From Octopus vulgaris (lineage: Eukaryota), in the NCBI GenBank assembly GCA_951406725.2, contig OX597815.1:8308001-8372000 (forward strand): a stretch of DNA of 64,000 bases, written 5' to 3'. This document shows, piece after piece, positions 52,068-63,790 of the stretch. The notes beneath the pieces are model-generated. The model was not told the origin of the DNA, searched no databases, and saw nothing but the letters and a program-made list of their open reading frames with translations. Within the stretch, counting starts at the first letter, position 1. Every line of letters begins with the position of its first letter. Made by a program: the position numbers and the translations under genes.

Positions 52068-52393
52068 TACGGAGATGTACTTGCATAGCAAGTGACCTGA
52101 TCTGAGATCGTGTGCTGGAACGAAAGCAATTGCAGCGTGGAAGGTGTTTATAAGCCATTTAAGAAACACACAAAAACCGTTAGATTCACTTCAACATTTA
52201 AATTTAATTTGTCAAAATATTTTTGCCGCTTTGAGACTGCGACCTGTTCATTGACAAAATTCCGTGCTGCAAAATTCAGTGAACAGGTCGTGGTCTCAAA
52301 GCGACGAAAATATTTTGACAAATTAAACTTAAATGTTGAAGTGAATCTAATGGATTTTGTGTGTTTCTTAAATGGCTTACAAACACCTTCCGC
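52068..52393. mobile_element. Penelope-like inverted-repeat insertion nested in the hAT MITE
   Basis: 14-bp TSD acaatataaataat; ~116-bp inverted arms at 52139-52254 and 52276-52391; hammerhead-like motif. Confidence 0.6.
52276..52318 (+). ncRNA. Hammerhead-like motif, G3-C8 core variant
   Basis: tca-GTGAACA-g-gtcgt-ggtctcaaa-gcgac-GAAA-atat-TT-tga; palindromic stem III AATATT. Confidence 0.45.
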
Positions 52394-53231
52394 ACAATAT
52401 AAATAATGAATATAATAGTTGACAATTTTTTTTGTCTTATATTTATTTTGTAAACAAATAATACAATATTACATAAGCATTTTATAATGTTTCTTTCTTT
52501 TCTGGAAACTCACCTTGTACTGCCAGCTGATGGCTCGCAGACTGGTGCCAGTCCATGGACCACCACTGTGAGTAACTCTGATCTACAGTGCTATTCCACT
52601 GGGCAACCTTGTCACTTGTATAATGCCATCTGCAATGCTAATACAGTGTCATGTGCAGTGTTAATATAGTTGACATCTGCAGTATTAGTACAGAGCCATC
52701 GGTATTGTTAATACACTAGTCATGTACAGTGTTAGTAGTGCTGCTGATGTTGTTAAAATAGCATCATCAGTATTCTTGATAAACGGTCATGTACATTGTA
52801 TACTCTTTTTACTCTTTTACTTGGTTTCAGTCATTTGACTGTGGCCATGCTGGAGCACCACCTTTTAGTCGAACAAATCGACCCCAGGACTTATTCTTTG
52901 TAAGCCTAGTACTTATTCTATCGGTTGCTTTTGCCGAACCGCCAAGTGATGGGGACGTATACACACCAGCATCGGTTGTCAAGCGATGTTGGTGGGACAA
53001 ACACAGACACACAAACATACATACACATATATACATATATACGATGGGCTTCTTTCAGTTTCCGTCTACCAAATCCACTCACAAGGCTTTGGTCGGCCCG
53101 AGGCTATAGTAGAAGACACTTGCCCAAGGTGCCACGCAGTGGGACTGAACCCGGCACCATGTGGTTGGTAAGCAAGCTACTCACCACGCAGCCACTCCTG
53201 CACCTATATATATGGTGTAAGTAAAGTTTAC

Positions 53232-53324
53232 CTTCTGCCTTTTGGAACACTGGTCTGAGACTGGGGACTTTGTCTAGTTTCATTTTATGCAACTCTTCAT
53301 CTTCAGATATGGTAACTGCTTCTC
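53232..53324 (-). CDS. ACAT1: ACAT1-like exon
   Basis: 93 nt, phase 1-1; EAVTISEDEELHKMKLDKVPSLRPVFQKAE(G). Confidence 0.9.
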
Positions 53325-54390
53325 CTGGTAAATGAAGGAAATTTATTTATCAATGGTGAAATAACAGATTTGGAAGCAAAAGTTTGGTGTTCCTAGAGGT
53401 GGTATAAATTGTGTGGTGGTGGTGGTGGTGTAGCACTGAATTTGGAAGAGGTGGAGGTTAAGAATAAGTCAATAATATTGAATGTATTCCTGGAAATAAA
53501 AATACTGTTCAAGGCCTTGGAGTGTTCTTGGCTTTGAGTTTTACTGGATAATTCCATGTCCCTTGGAGGTAGGATGTACAAGAGTATTTTGTAGTGTAAG
53601 GTTGGTGTTGAGCAGAAATCTTGGAAGAGGACCTAGTTAGTGTTTCTGGAGGCAGGGAAGAAGTGTGAATCAAGCCAGAAGGCAGCAAACCACATCTTTC
53701 TACATGACTGAGGCAACTCCAGATATCATGAGCATTATCCATCCTTTGGCTAAATTATGAAACAAATATACTTCACGATATATATATATATAGAAATAGA
53801 TAGATAGATAGATATATACCTGTGCTGGTGGCATGTAAAAAGCATCATCTGAACGTAGCCGATGCCAGTGCCACCTTGACTGGCTTCCGTGCTAGTGGCA
53901 CATAAAAAGCGTCAACTGATTGTGGCCGTTGCCAGCCACCCCTGGCACCTGTGCCGGTGGCATGTAAAAAGCACCCACTACACTCACAGAGTGGTTGGTG
54001 TTAGGAAAGGCATCCAGCTGTAGAAACTCTGCCAGATCAGACTGGAGCTTGGTGTGGCCTCTTGGCTTCGAACCGTCCAACCCATGGTAGCATGGAAAAT
54101 GGATGTTAAACGATTGTACTAAGGATATGTGAGGATATGTTGTGCAGGATGCAATGTGGTAATCGTGGTATCTTGTGTTGTGCTGTTGTGTCATAGTACA
54201 CGTGTGGTAGTGTAATGTGGTAGGTAGGACGTGTTGTGTAGTTAGTGTGGTAGTGAGGATATATGTAGTGCGATAGACAGGACATGTTGTGATGGGTGTA
54301 GTATGATAATCTCATTGGGCAATGATGTAATCAATTAATCTGATGGGTGTGAAGGGTGAAGTAGCGTAACAGAGAATAACTATGTCATAC

Positions 54391-54544
54391 CTTTTTTCTT
54401 TGGTATCTGAACAGGTGTAATTTCGGCTGCTAAGACACCCTCGTGAAAAGCCTTCTGACTACGTTTGTAACTCATGACAGCATGTTCATCTTGCTCTGTA
54501 CGTGAGATGTCATATTTTTTAGCAGTGTCTTCAGCACAGTTTCC
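54391..54544 (-). CDS. ACAT1: ACAT1-like exon
   Basis: 154 nt; GNCAEDTAKKYDISRTEQDEHAVMSYKRSQKAFHEGVLAAEITPVQIPKKK(G). Confidence 0.92.
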
Positions 54545-54972
54545 CTACAAAGGAAGCCAACCATTGAAAAATAACAACTGACACAGACATAAGTAATGCC
54601 TCTCTTATTCAACTGCTAAGCTTAAGACTGAGCTCATACAACACATACAACCATGCAGACACCCAAATACACACACACACACACACACACACACATTTAC
54701 ATACAGGCATAAAGCCACTCTCACATATACACACACAATCACAGATATTACATACCCGGACATGCACCAATGCACAACCACAGACAAAGTCACACACTGC
54801 TGCTGTTTAAATGGGAGAACGACTACTGATTGCATTCGCAGCTTCTGTTGCCAGTCCATGTTGGTATCGATATCCTTCCCACCCCAACTTGGTGATCCCC
54901 GGGAAACAAGTTCTGAATAACTCTTCTTGAATCTGGCAGTAGTCCTTTCTGTGATGTCTTCTTTCTTGGGAG

Positions 54973-55240
54973 TACTTACTTGTGACGGCGTTCACCCAGG
55001 GCGGGTTGAGCCGGCTTTTTCTCTGGTCCTAACGGCATTACGAACCATGGCACCCCACGCTCGATGGTCCCGTGCAAGGTTACTGGAGATAGCGAACCAT
55101 TCATGGTTAAATCTGCACAGACCGACCACCTGTGGACCTGAGAGTTTGGTGAGGTCCTCCTTTATCGTCGTTGCCCAGGTCTTCAGCTGCCCGCCCGTGC
55201 GTTTGCGCCCCTGGGAAGTTGAGGTGGGACTTGGAAGTGG
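54973..55240 (-). mobile_element. RTE-clade LINE 3' fragment
   Basis: RKRTGGQLKTWATTIKEDL...LARDHRAWGAMVR...AGSTRPG-stop and caagtaagta tail. Confidence 0.75.
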
Positions 55241-56308
55241 GACTTTTCTTGCAGGAGCTAAAAGCTTACCTACACACACAGATTGAAAACGCACAAAAGT
55301 ATACATAAAAATAATACATAAACATACACTACATACATACACATACACAGAGTGATCCAAATCTGTTGGTAAATGTGAAGCTTGTATGAATGGCAACTTT
55401 ATCTAATAATCCTATCTACTATGGGCACCAAGGCCTGAAATTAATGAAAAATGTCACCCAAAAGAATCCCCCAGCATTTTGGGTACAATTTCAGCTGCAT
55501 GAAGGCAGTGTGGTCATAATGAAAATTTCAGCTGTGTAAGGAGAAGGAATATAGAATAGTAATAAGTTTAGACTCTGGTCATCCTCTCCCTGCAAACTTA
55601 TAATTAAAGGCGTTTCGTCTGTAGCCATACCATATTATCTAATATGTTTCTCCCTTTTGTTTCTATGTTTCTGTTGCAATACCCTGCTTTTATTTCAAAT
55701 AATTTTGAAAATAAAGAATTTTGTAAATTGCCTTGTCATTATTAAGTTTGTGTTTGGAACATAAATTAGTGGCCGATGCCAGCGCCGCCTTGACTGGCTT
55801 CCATGCCAGTAGCATGTAAAAAGCACCAACTGATCGTGGTCATTGCCAGCCTCCCCTGGCACCTGCGCCAGTGGCATGTAAAAAGCACCCACTACACTCT
55901 CAGAGTGGCTGGCGTTAGGAAGGGCATCCAGCTGTAGAAACTCTGCCAGATCAAGACTGGAGCCTGGTGCAGCCATCTGGTTCACCAGCTCTCAGTCAAA
56001 ATCATCCAACCCATGCTAGCATGGAAAGAAAAACAAAGATAGAGACAGGGCTTAATGTTAACCTATGCTTTAAGGCAGTGAATTGACAGAAAATGTCAGC
56101 ATGGAAGGTAACATGCTTAGCAGCATTTTGTCTGACTTCACATTCTGAATTCAAATTCTGTCATGGTCAACTTTGATTTCATCCTTTCAGGGTTGATAAA
56201 AAAGAGTCCCAGTTGAGCACTGGGACCAATGTAATCAACTTAAACCCTTCCTCTGAACTTGCTGGTCTTGTACTGAAATTTGAAATCAATATTTAAACTG
56301 TGACTTAC

Positions 56309-56359
56309 CATATGGATGTGGTCATAGGCATCAGTTAATCCATCAAAAACAATTCCGTC
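56309..56359 (-). CDS. ACAT1: ACAT1-like exon
   Basis: 51 nt, phase 0-0; DGIVFDGLTDAYDHIHM. Confidence 0.9.
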
Positions 56360-56414
56360 CTAGAAAATATAAAATAGAAAAGTTAAAGTGAAACAGAAAT
56401 TGCATGAATAACAT

Positions 56415-56738
56415 AAACTAAGAGAAGGATCAAATTGGACAAGGGATCAAACTGAAAGAGAGATCAAACTAAGAGAAGGATCAAATTGAACAACGGATCA
56501 AACTGAAAGAGAAATCAAACTAAGTGAAGGATCAAATTGAACAACGGATCAAACTGAAAGGGAGATCAAACTAAGAGAAGGATCAAATTGAACAACGGAT
56601 CAAACTGAAAGAGAGATCAAACTAAGAGAAGGATCAAATTGAACAACGGATCAAACTGAAAGAGAGATCAAACTAAGAGAAGGATCAAATTGAACAACGG
56701 ATCAAACTGAAAGAGAGATCAAACTAAGTGAAGGATCA
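56415..56738. repeat. 51-bp higher-order repeat (3 x 17 bp), ~6.3 copies
   Basis: gatcaaactaagagaag / gatcaaattgaacaacg / gatcaaactgaaagaga. Confidence 0.92.
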
Positions 56739-57664
56739 TGCTGAATAATGCATCAAACCTGATTAAAGTTGAATGATTGAAACAATTCAAATCTACAGAC
56801 CCCATCAGGAGCTTAATCGTGAGATTTTGACTTTAGAGATGTAGTTATGTTGAAAAGAAATTAGGACTTATAATACATATGTGGTGTGTAGTGATAGATG
56901 TAATATCTATTTGATAAAAGCTCTCGAGTAGACTATATTTTGCTGATGAGGTCCAGTAATATTGAAATATGTCTTAATTTCTTGAAATTACCTCCCCTTT
57001 TTCTTTTGAGAGCCTCTAACAATAAACCAGTCATTATTTTCTATCCCCAACTAAAAGGGCAATTTCAGCAAATTGAGAATCTTTTGCATTCACCATTCAG
57101 TACATTTGCTCTTAACTTATTTATCAATACTTATCTTGTCTTCTATCAACTTGGTTAGATCTCAAGGCATAGTTACTTTAAAAGCATATGACTTCATCTG
57201 CTCTTCTAATGATTGAGGCAGTGGAGCAATAAACCATGGTGAATTGTGCACTGATTGGATCCCAACCAAACTGATCTTGTTATTCAGGGGGCTGCTGACG
57301 TTTAGCCCCAGTCCTTCCCTGACCTGTAGACCTATGATCAAAGATATGGCAAGGTGTGACCATACAGATGATTGAGAGAAATTCAGCTGTGTGGAACTTC
57401 CATCATTAATCAGAGGTACCTTCCATTGTATGTTAGAGAGAGAGTACTTAACCTATCATCATCATCTTCAACGTTTAACGCCCGTTTTCTGTGCTAGCAT
57501 GGGTTGGACGGTTCGACCAGAGTCTGGGAAGCCAGGAGGCTGCATCAGGCTCCAGTCTGATTTGGCAGTGTTTCTACAGCTGGATGCCCTTCCTAACACC
57601 AACCACTCTAAAAGTGTAGTGGGTGCTTTTTACGTGTCACCGGCACAGAAGCCAGTCAAGGCGA

Positions 57665-58081
57665 GGATCTTTTCGGTTTGACCGGTAGTTTTTAAAAATA
57701 ATGTCCATGTAACTAAACACTTTTAAACTTCGTATACTGGTAGAATGTGTTTATAAAACATCTTTTTCTCTTGGCTTTATTGAGAAAATTCTATAGTTTG
57801 TAAAATATTTGTTGTTTTTTTTCTTCAATTTCTGCAATTTCAACCAATCAATGACGTCTATTGAGGTGAAAACATTCTGTGCCGTATGAATATGTCCCTC
57901 GTTTAAGAAACAGATTGGGTCTATTTACATTTCTGAAGAAAAAAAGATACCCTTCCCCCCACCCCTAACCCTAACCCTAAAACAGATTGAAAAGCAATAG
58001 ATCGATACTAGGGTCATAATTATGGGTGACAATTTCATATGACACCGCTAGAAAAAACTGCCGTTCAAACTGAAAAGATCC
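57665..58081. mobile_element. Non-autonomous DNA transposon (GG termini, Merlin-like) inserted in a family C SINE
   Basis: 29-bp TIRs ggatcttttc(g/a)gtttga..; TSD caaggcga/caaggcgg; internal (CCCTAA)3. Confidence 0.7.
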
Positions 58082-59098
58082 CAAGGCGGCGCTGGCATTG
58101 GTCACGTTCGGATGGTGCTTTTTACGTGCCACCGGCACAGGTATGACTAGTCAGTGATTATTTTACTAGTACTTAGTTTATTGGGCAAAATCCTCCGAAA
58201 TATGAGTTTTACTTCAAATGAAGAAAATAGCTACAGTAAAGATAGACGATGGTGATGAGGACAAGAGATGGCAGTGGATGGTAGCTAAGTAAAAGTAAGT
58301 CATTATACTATGGACGAGTGATGGTAACAGAGGGTGACTACAGAGTGGTATACACTTTTTTTTTTTACATGTTTCAGTCATTTGACTGCGGCCATGCTGG
58401 AGCACCGCCTTTAGTCGAGCAAATCGACTCCAGGGCTTATTCTTTGTAAGCCCAGTACTTATTCTATCGGTTTCTTTTGACGAACCGCTAAGTGACGGGG
58501 ACGTAAACACACCAGCATCGGTTGTCAAGCAATGCTAGGGGGACAAACACAAACACACATATATATATACACATATATACGACAGGCTTCTTTCAGTTTC
58601 CGTCTACCAAATCCACTCACAAGGCATTGGTCGGCCCGGGGCTATAGCAGAAGACACTTGCCCAAGTGTCTTGCATGATGGTGACACTCATTTACAACTA
58701 TCATGCAATGTCAAGGCCGGGGGGGGGGGGGGCACAGTCACTCTCTCTCACACACACAAAAATGGGCCCAGGTTTCTTTCCATGTACCAAATCCACTCAC
58801 AAGGTTTTGGTTGGCCTGGGGCTACAGTAGAAGACACTTGTCCAATGTGACGTGCAATGGGACTGAACCTGAAACCATTTGGTCAATGGGACTGAACCCG
58901 GAACCATGTGGCTGGTTAGCAAGCTACTTACCACACAGCCACTCCTGCGCCTATGGTCAAGTTAGAATAACAGATGGTAGCTAGTCTAGAGGTAAGTGAA
59001 AGTGGTACGAACAAAGCCTTATTAGGAATGTAATGGTAATATAGTCACGTAAAGGTAAATGATACTGGGAAAAGACAAAGAAATATTTGGTGACTTAC

Positions 59099-59191
59099 TA
59101 TGAGCTTAACCCCTCCGTAAGGAGTGCCAGATCGTAGCATATAAAGTGGCACATTCGACATACTTTCCATTCCACCAGCAACCATGACGTC
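59099..59191 (-). CDS. ACAT1: ACAT1-like exon
   Basis: 93 nt, phase 0-0; [31 protein letters not shown]. Confidence 0.93.
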
Positions 59192-59323
59192 CTGAGGAAA
59201 ATGAAAACAATTTTTCTTTATAAAAATCATGATTTCTTAAACTGAAACAAGACTTCAAATACTAAGAAAAGGTGTTGCCACTAAGATAATCTCCAGAACT
59301 TGACTAAAATAATAATAATAATG

Positions 59324-59385
<62 letters not shown>

Positions 59386-59386
<1 letters not shown>

Positions 59387-60243
59387 GCCCTGATGCAGTA
59401 CCAGGCAGTGGCTCTCATGGCTTCTGATCTTAACTGATTGGAAGTGTTATCATGTACATTGTTTTGTGTTGGTATAAAAGATGGGCTACAGCAAATATTC
59501 TGCTCAATACCACGGATCTGCTTGTCAGTTGTTTGACCGTAACCAGTTGAGCATGTCCCTTAGTGGCTGACGATATGTGCATCTCTGATCACGAGCAGAA
59601 GTAGTGGGGGAGCATCATAGCCATGTGTTGAGAGGGATTCTTTGGGGTTTGAATAATTCACCTCTGGAAACATGGGTGTTTTGTTCAACATCCTTAAACA
59701 ACCCTTACTCAGGGACCTTTGAGCAGGATGAGTTACTCGACCAGAAGAAAATTCTAACTGGGCCCCACCTGTAAGGTCATGTGCTGTTTATCTTGATATG
59801 AGATCACCATTTCGCGCACATATGGTTCTGATGCATGTGCCTGGTGTACCCTTATCAGACGGATAGTCATGATGGGTATATTGGGCTTCGTATATTTTAC
59901 CCCAGTGTCACTTTGATGGCATGAACTGCTCTCTCACTCAATAATAATAGTAATAATAATAATAATAAAAATAATAATAGTAATAATAATAATAATAATA
60001 CAACCCTTATTCAGGGACCTTTTGAGCAGGATGGGTTACTCGACCAGAAGAAAATTCTAACTGGGCCCCACCTGTAAGGTCATGTGCTGTTTATCTTGAT
60101 ATGAGATCACCATGTCGTGCACATATGGTTCTGATGCATGTGCCTGGTGTACCCTTATCAGACAGGTAGTCATGATGGGTATACTGGGCTTCGTATATTT
60201 GTACCCCAGTGTCACTTTGATGGGATGAACTGCTCTCTCACTC

Positions 60244-60244
<1 letters not shown>
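59386..60244 (+). mobile_element. Two tandem copies of a (TAA)n-embedded retroelement end (Dong-like)
   Basis: 59386-59940 and the shorter 60001-60244 share the end ...ctgctctctcactc, each flanked by (TAA)n. Confidence 0.55.
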
Positions 60245-60280
<36 letters not shown>

Positions 60281-60711
60281 TTCTAAAAGGATTGGCATAG
60301 CTCTTCACAAAGGTAAACAGACAAGATGAAGAGCACGATGTGATTGCAATAGATATGTTATTGGTTGAACGATATTTCGACAGCAATGAAAAGTGATAAA
60401 AATTCAAAATTATAGAAATTCCAATATGAATCAGAAAATGAGAAATCAACATTTCTATCAGTTAAAAAAACTTGTTTTTGTGCTAAAAAACAAAAGCCAT
60501 TGATCATTTCTGGAAACATGCAAACGTGGAAAAGTTATAGCTGACAGTCTTACAACATCAAATATCAATATGTAGATGCTGATTGCTCTTGTTTGTAATT
60601 TAGATTTGAATTTCTATAATTTTGAAAATTTTATCACTTTTCGTTTTTAATGCGACAAAGACAGGCTTGCTGTTGAAATATCATTCAACCAATAAAATAT
60701 CTATTGCAATC

Positions 60712-60768
<57 letters not shown>

Positions 60769-60803
60769 TAATAATAATAATAAAAATAAAAATAATAATA
60801 GTA

Positions 60804-60845
<42 letters not shown>

Positions 60846-60854
60846 GTAGTAGTA

Positions 60855-60893
<39 letters not shown>

Positions 60894-60928
60894 TAATAAT
60901 AGTAATAGTAATAATAATAATTATAGTA

Positions 60929-60971
<43 letters not shown>

Positions 60972-62490
60972 GAGAACTATTACTACCCATGTATTTTAAC
61001 TTAACTTTAAAAAAAAGTTTAGTTTAATGGCCTACCAATGTATACTATGAGTTTCTTTGCCCTAGGAGTCGGGAAGACACTCGGCAAGAAAAGGAAGCAA
61101 ATTTGAAAGAAGAAAAAAAGATAACAATAATAATAATAATAATAACAACTGATTTAGGTACAGGGTAAGCAAATTGGGGGATAGGGGCTAGTTAATATCA
61201 TAGACCAAAGTACTTGTATTTTCTTTTATTGACTCAAGAAGGTAAAAGATAAAAGAGATTTGAACTCTGAATGTAAAGAGTCAAAAGAAATATTGTGTTT
61301 TTTTCCAATGCCCTAATAATTCTACCAAACAAACCACTTGATGTGGTGGTGGTGGTGCCTTGTCAGCTCACACATGGGCAGCAAATGTTCAAGAGATGCA
61401 ATGAGGGCACCAAATGTTTAGAGATGTGAGTTCTTTTAGAAATATGATATCTAAACCAGGCACAATATTTTGGTTTTTGAACACACTAAGAAAACAACCA
61501 GATCTTTGTTGGCATTACAATGGAAATAGGGCACAGTGTGTTATCAGTGAGTGGAAACGTGACTGATAATGTGTCAAGGCCTAATATAATTCTGTTATAT
61601 AAGTCATTACTTTCTTTAATAATTTTCCTAACAATTTAATATACGAAGCTAATCCTACCATGATTTGAACATAGAATCTAAGTTGACAACCAAAGAAAAT
61701 GCATTACGGGCTTTAGTTAATCCCACAATACATTTTGTTTGGCTCTCAACTGATTCTGACATCAAATACCTTAAGATATCATCATCACCACTGTTTATAA
61801 TGTCCATTTTCCCTGCTTGCATAGGGCAGATTTTCTATGACCAAGTTCTCTTCCTGTCACCAATCCTCACCTATTGCCAAGTAAGGTGATATTTCTCAAT
61901 GACCAGACATCATCATCATCATCATTTAACGCCCACTTTCCATGCTAGCATGGGTTGGATGATTTGACTGAGGTCTGGTGAACCAGACTCCAAATGAAGG
62001 ACACTGCTTGTATGGTGGTGACACTCATTTACAACTATCATACAATGTCAAGGCGGGGGGGGGGGGCAGTCACTCTCTCTCTCTCACACACACACACACA
62101 AATGGGCCTAGGTTTCTTTCCATGTACCAAATCCACTCACAAGGTTTTGGTTGGCCTGGGGCTACAGTAGAAGACACTTGTCCAAGGTGACATGCAATGG
62201 GACTGAACCTGAAACCATTTGGTCGGGAAGCAATCTCCTGACCACACAGCCACACCTGCACCTATAATAAAAACATCTAGCAGCAGCAGTGGTTGTAGTA
62301 GTAGTAGTAGCAGTAATCCTCACCATTTGTAATCAATACAATGATTACGGTAGCATTAAGGTGGTTAGACAAGTTCTTCAACTCCCTTAGGTCTATCATC
62401 TTAGAGAAATCTACTTTTGTAGATACATAACACATCATTACTACAATAGTAACATCATCCAACGTATAACTTACAAACTCCGAACCTTAC

Positions 62491-62591
62491 CTGGTGTCCA
62501 CACATTAAACTCTGGGCAGCCAACATAACAGACTTCATACCAGAAGCACAGACTTTGTTCACGGTTGTGGCCGGAGTTGAGATGGGCAAAC
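62491..62591 (-). CDS. ACAT1: Mitochondrial acetyl-CoA acetyltransferase (thiolase T2) exon with nucleophilic Cys
   Basis: 101 nt, AG/GT; (G)[33 protein letters not shown]. Confidence 0.93.
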
Positions 62592-62808
62592 CTGGAAGAA
62601 AAGAAAATGATGGAGTTAAAGAGAAGCACTGATGAAATCTTGGTTTAAATGAACAATGTGTTGTTGATGCTGTCATTGTTGTAACTGTGTTGCAACTGTA
62701 CAGGTGCTTTGCTGGCATTATTGCTTCTATCGCTGCAAACATTATATCACAAACCTCATGGAAAATATCAACTTGATAGATAGTTTATATACATGCATTA
62801 TATAAGTA

Positions 62809-63521
62809 CTAGCACTATGACCCAGCGTTGTCGGGTCTAGTGCTAGTCAACCATATTTGGTCTTTCATGAAAATCCCTATCTCTTGTCATTCATTGGGTC
62901 TAATTCCCTGCATTTCTCAAATCAAAAAAGCGTGCACGTTTGAAAGCCAAAACACATAATAATGCGTCTTCACAAAACACAAAAATGTGCAGAGTCATAC
63001 AGACTGTCTGCAAATACGCACATGCATCCAACTGTCAGGTGCAAAATTATCTCCGTCCAATCAAAAAACAGACATTTTGCCATTTATAGATATAGAGATT
63101 TTAAGCAAACGTTTAGAAATTCTCTGGGAAACTGTAAAATCCAGAAATCCGGGACAGTTCTGGTCCTAAATTGGATAAATTGGTCTGGTACAGTATTGAG
63201 GTGTGATACATAACAAAGGGAGGGAAATGCAGAGTTTTAAAGAGTTATTTCCCTAGTTATGGTTTAATATCTTTAGATTAAACTGCTGGAGTTACGTCCC
63301 TTGTATTAAAGACTTTTGTTACCTAAAACATAAGGGGTTGGTTTATCGATTTTTTTAAATGGCTTTCAGTGGTAACTGGGGAAATGAAATGATCTTCACA
63401 ACCACCCTTGGACAGTTTTGAATAACCATAGAAAGTGTGAGCCCTCTCACTGAAAAATTGTGGATTTGTATAAAGGATACACACACACACAGACATTTTG
63501 CCATTTATATATATAGAGAGA
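62809..63521 (-). mobile_element. Non-autonomous Helitron-like element with two 5' termini
   Basis: CTAG end with hairpin ctagcacta-tgaccc...gggtc-tagtgctag; TCTCTATA..AAATGGCAAAATGTCTG 5' motif at ~63098 and 63521. Confidence 0.6.
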
Positions 63522-63572
63522 TATAAGGACTAAATATAGATATTATACATGAATTACATCAGTGTGTGTGTT

Positions 63573-63790
63573 TATGAAGAGGTACTGGAAAGTTCCTAGC
63601 TTTAAGACTATTGTGAAAGGCCTGGTTGGAGATTCAAGCTTCTGAGTTTTACAGGGCTTAGAAAAAACTGAAAGACCACTGCAATTTGTGTGTGAATCTG
63701 TGAGGGGAACATGTTGAATAAAATCATAATTAACTGATCCTCCTGTATTTTCTCATACCCAAAGCCAGGACCTTTCAGCAACCCCTCGTA
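63573..63790. mobile_element. mariner-type MITE
   Basis: TA-flanked imperfect ~30-bp TIRs (tatgaagaggtactggaaagttcctagcttt / aaagccaggacctttcagcaacccctcgta). Confidence 0.55.

Larger units (their letters stand above)
51953..52580. mobile_element. hAT-type MITE
   Basis: CAG..CTG imperfect TIRs; exact 8-bp TSD atctacag at 51945-51952 and 52581-52588. Confidence 0.75.

Noticed and set aside
56415-56738. Repeat unit length (51) equals the adjacent exon length (51)
   Set aside because: No sequence similarity between unit and exon; coincidence.
60685-61027. Poly-N, poly-I and poly-L ORFs
   Set aside because: (AAT)n microsatellite.
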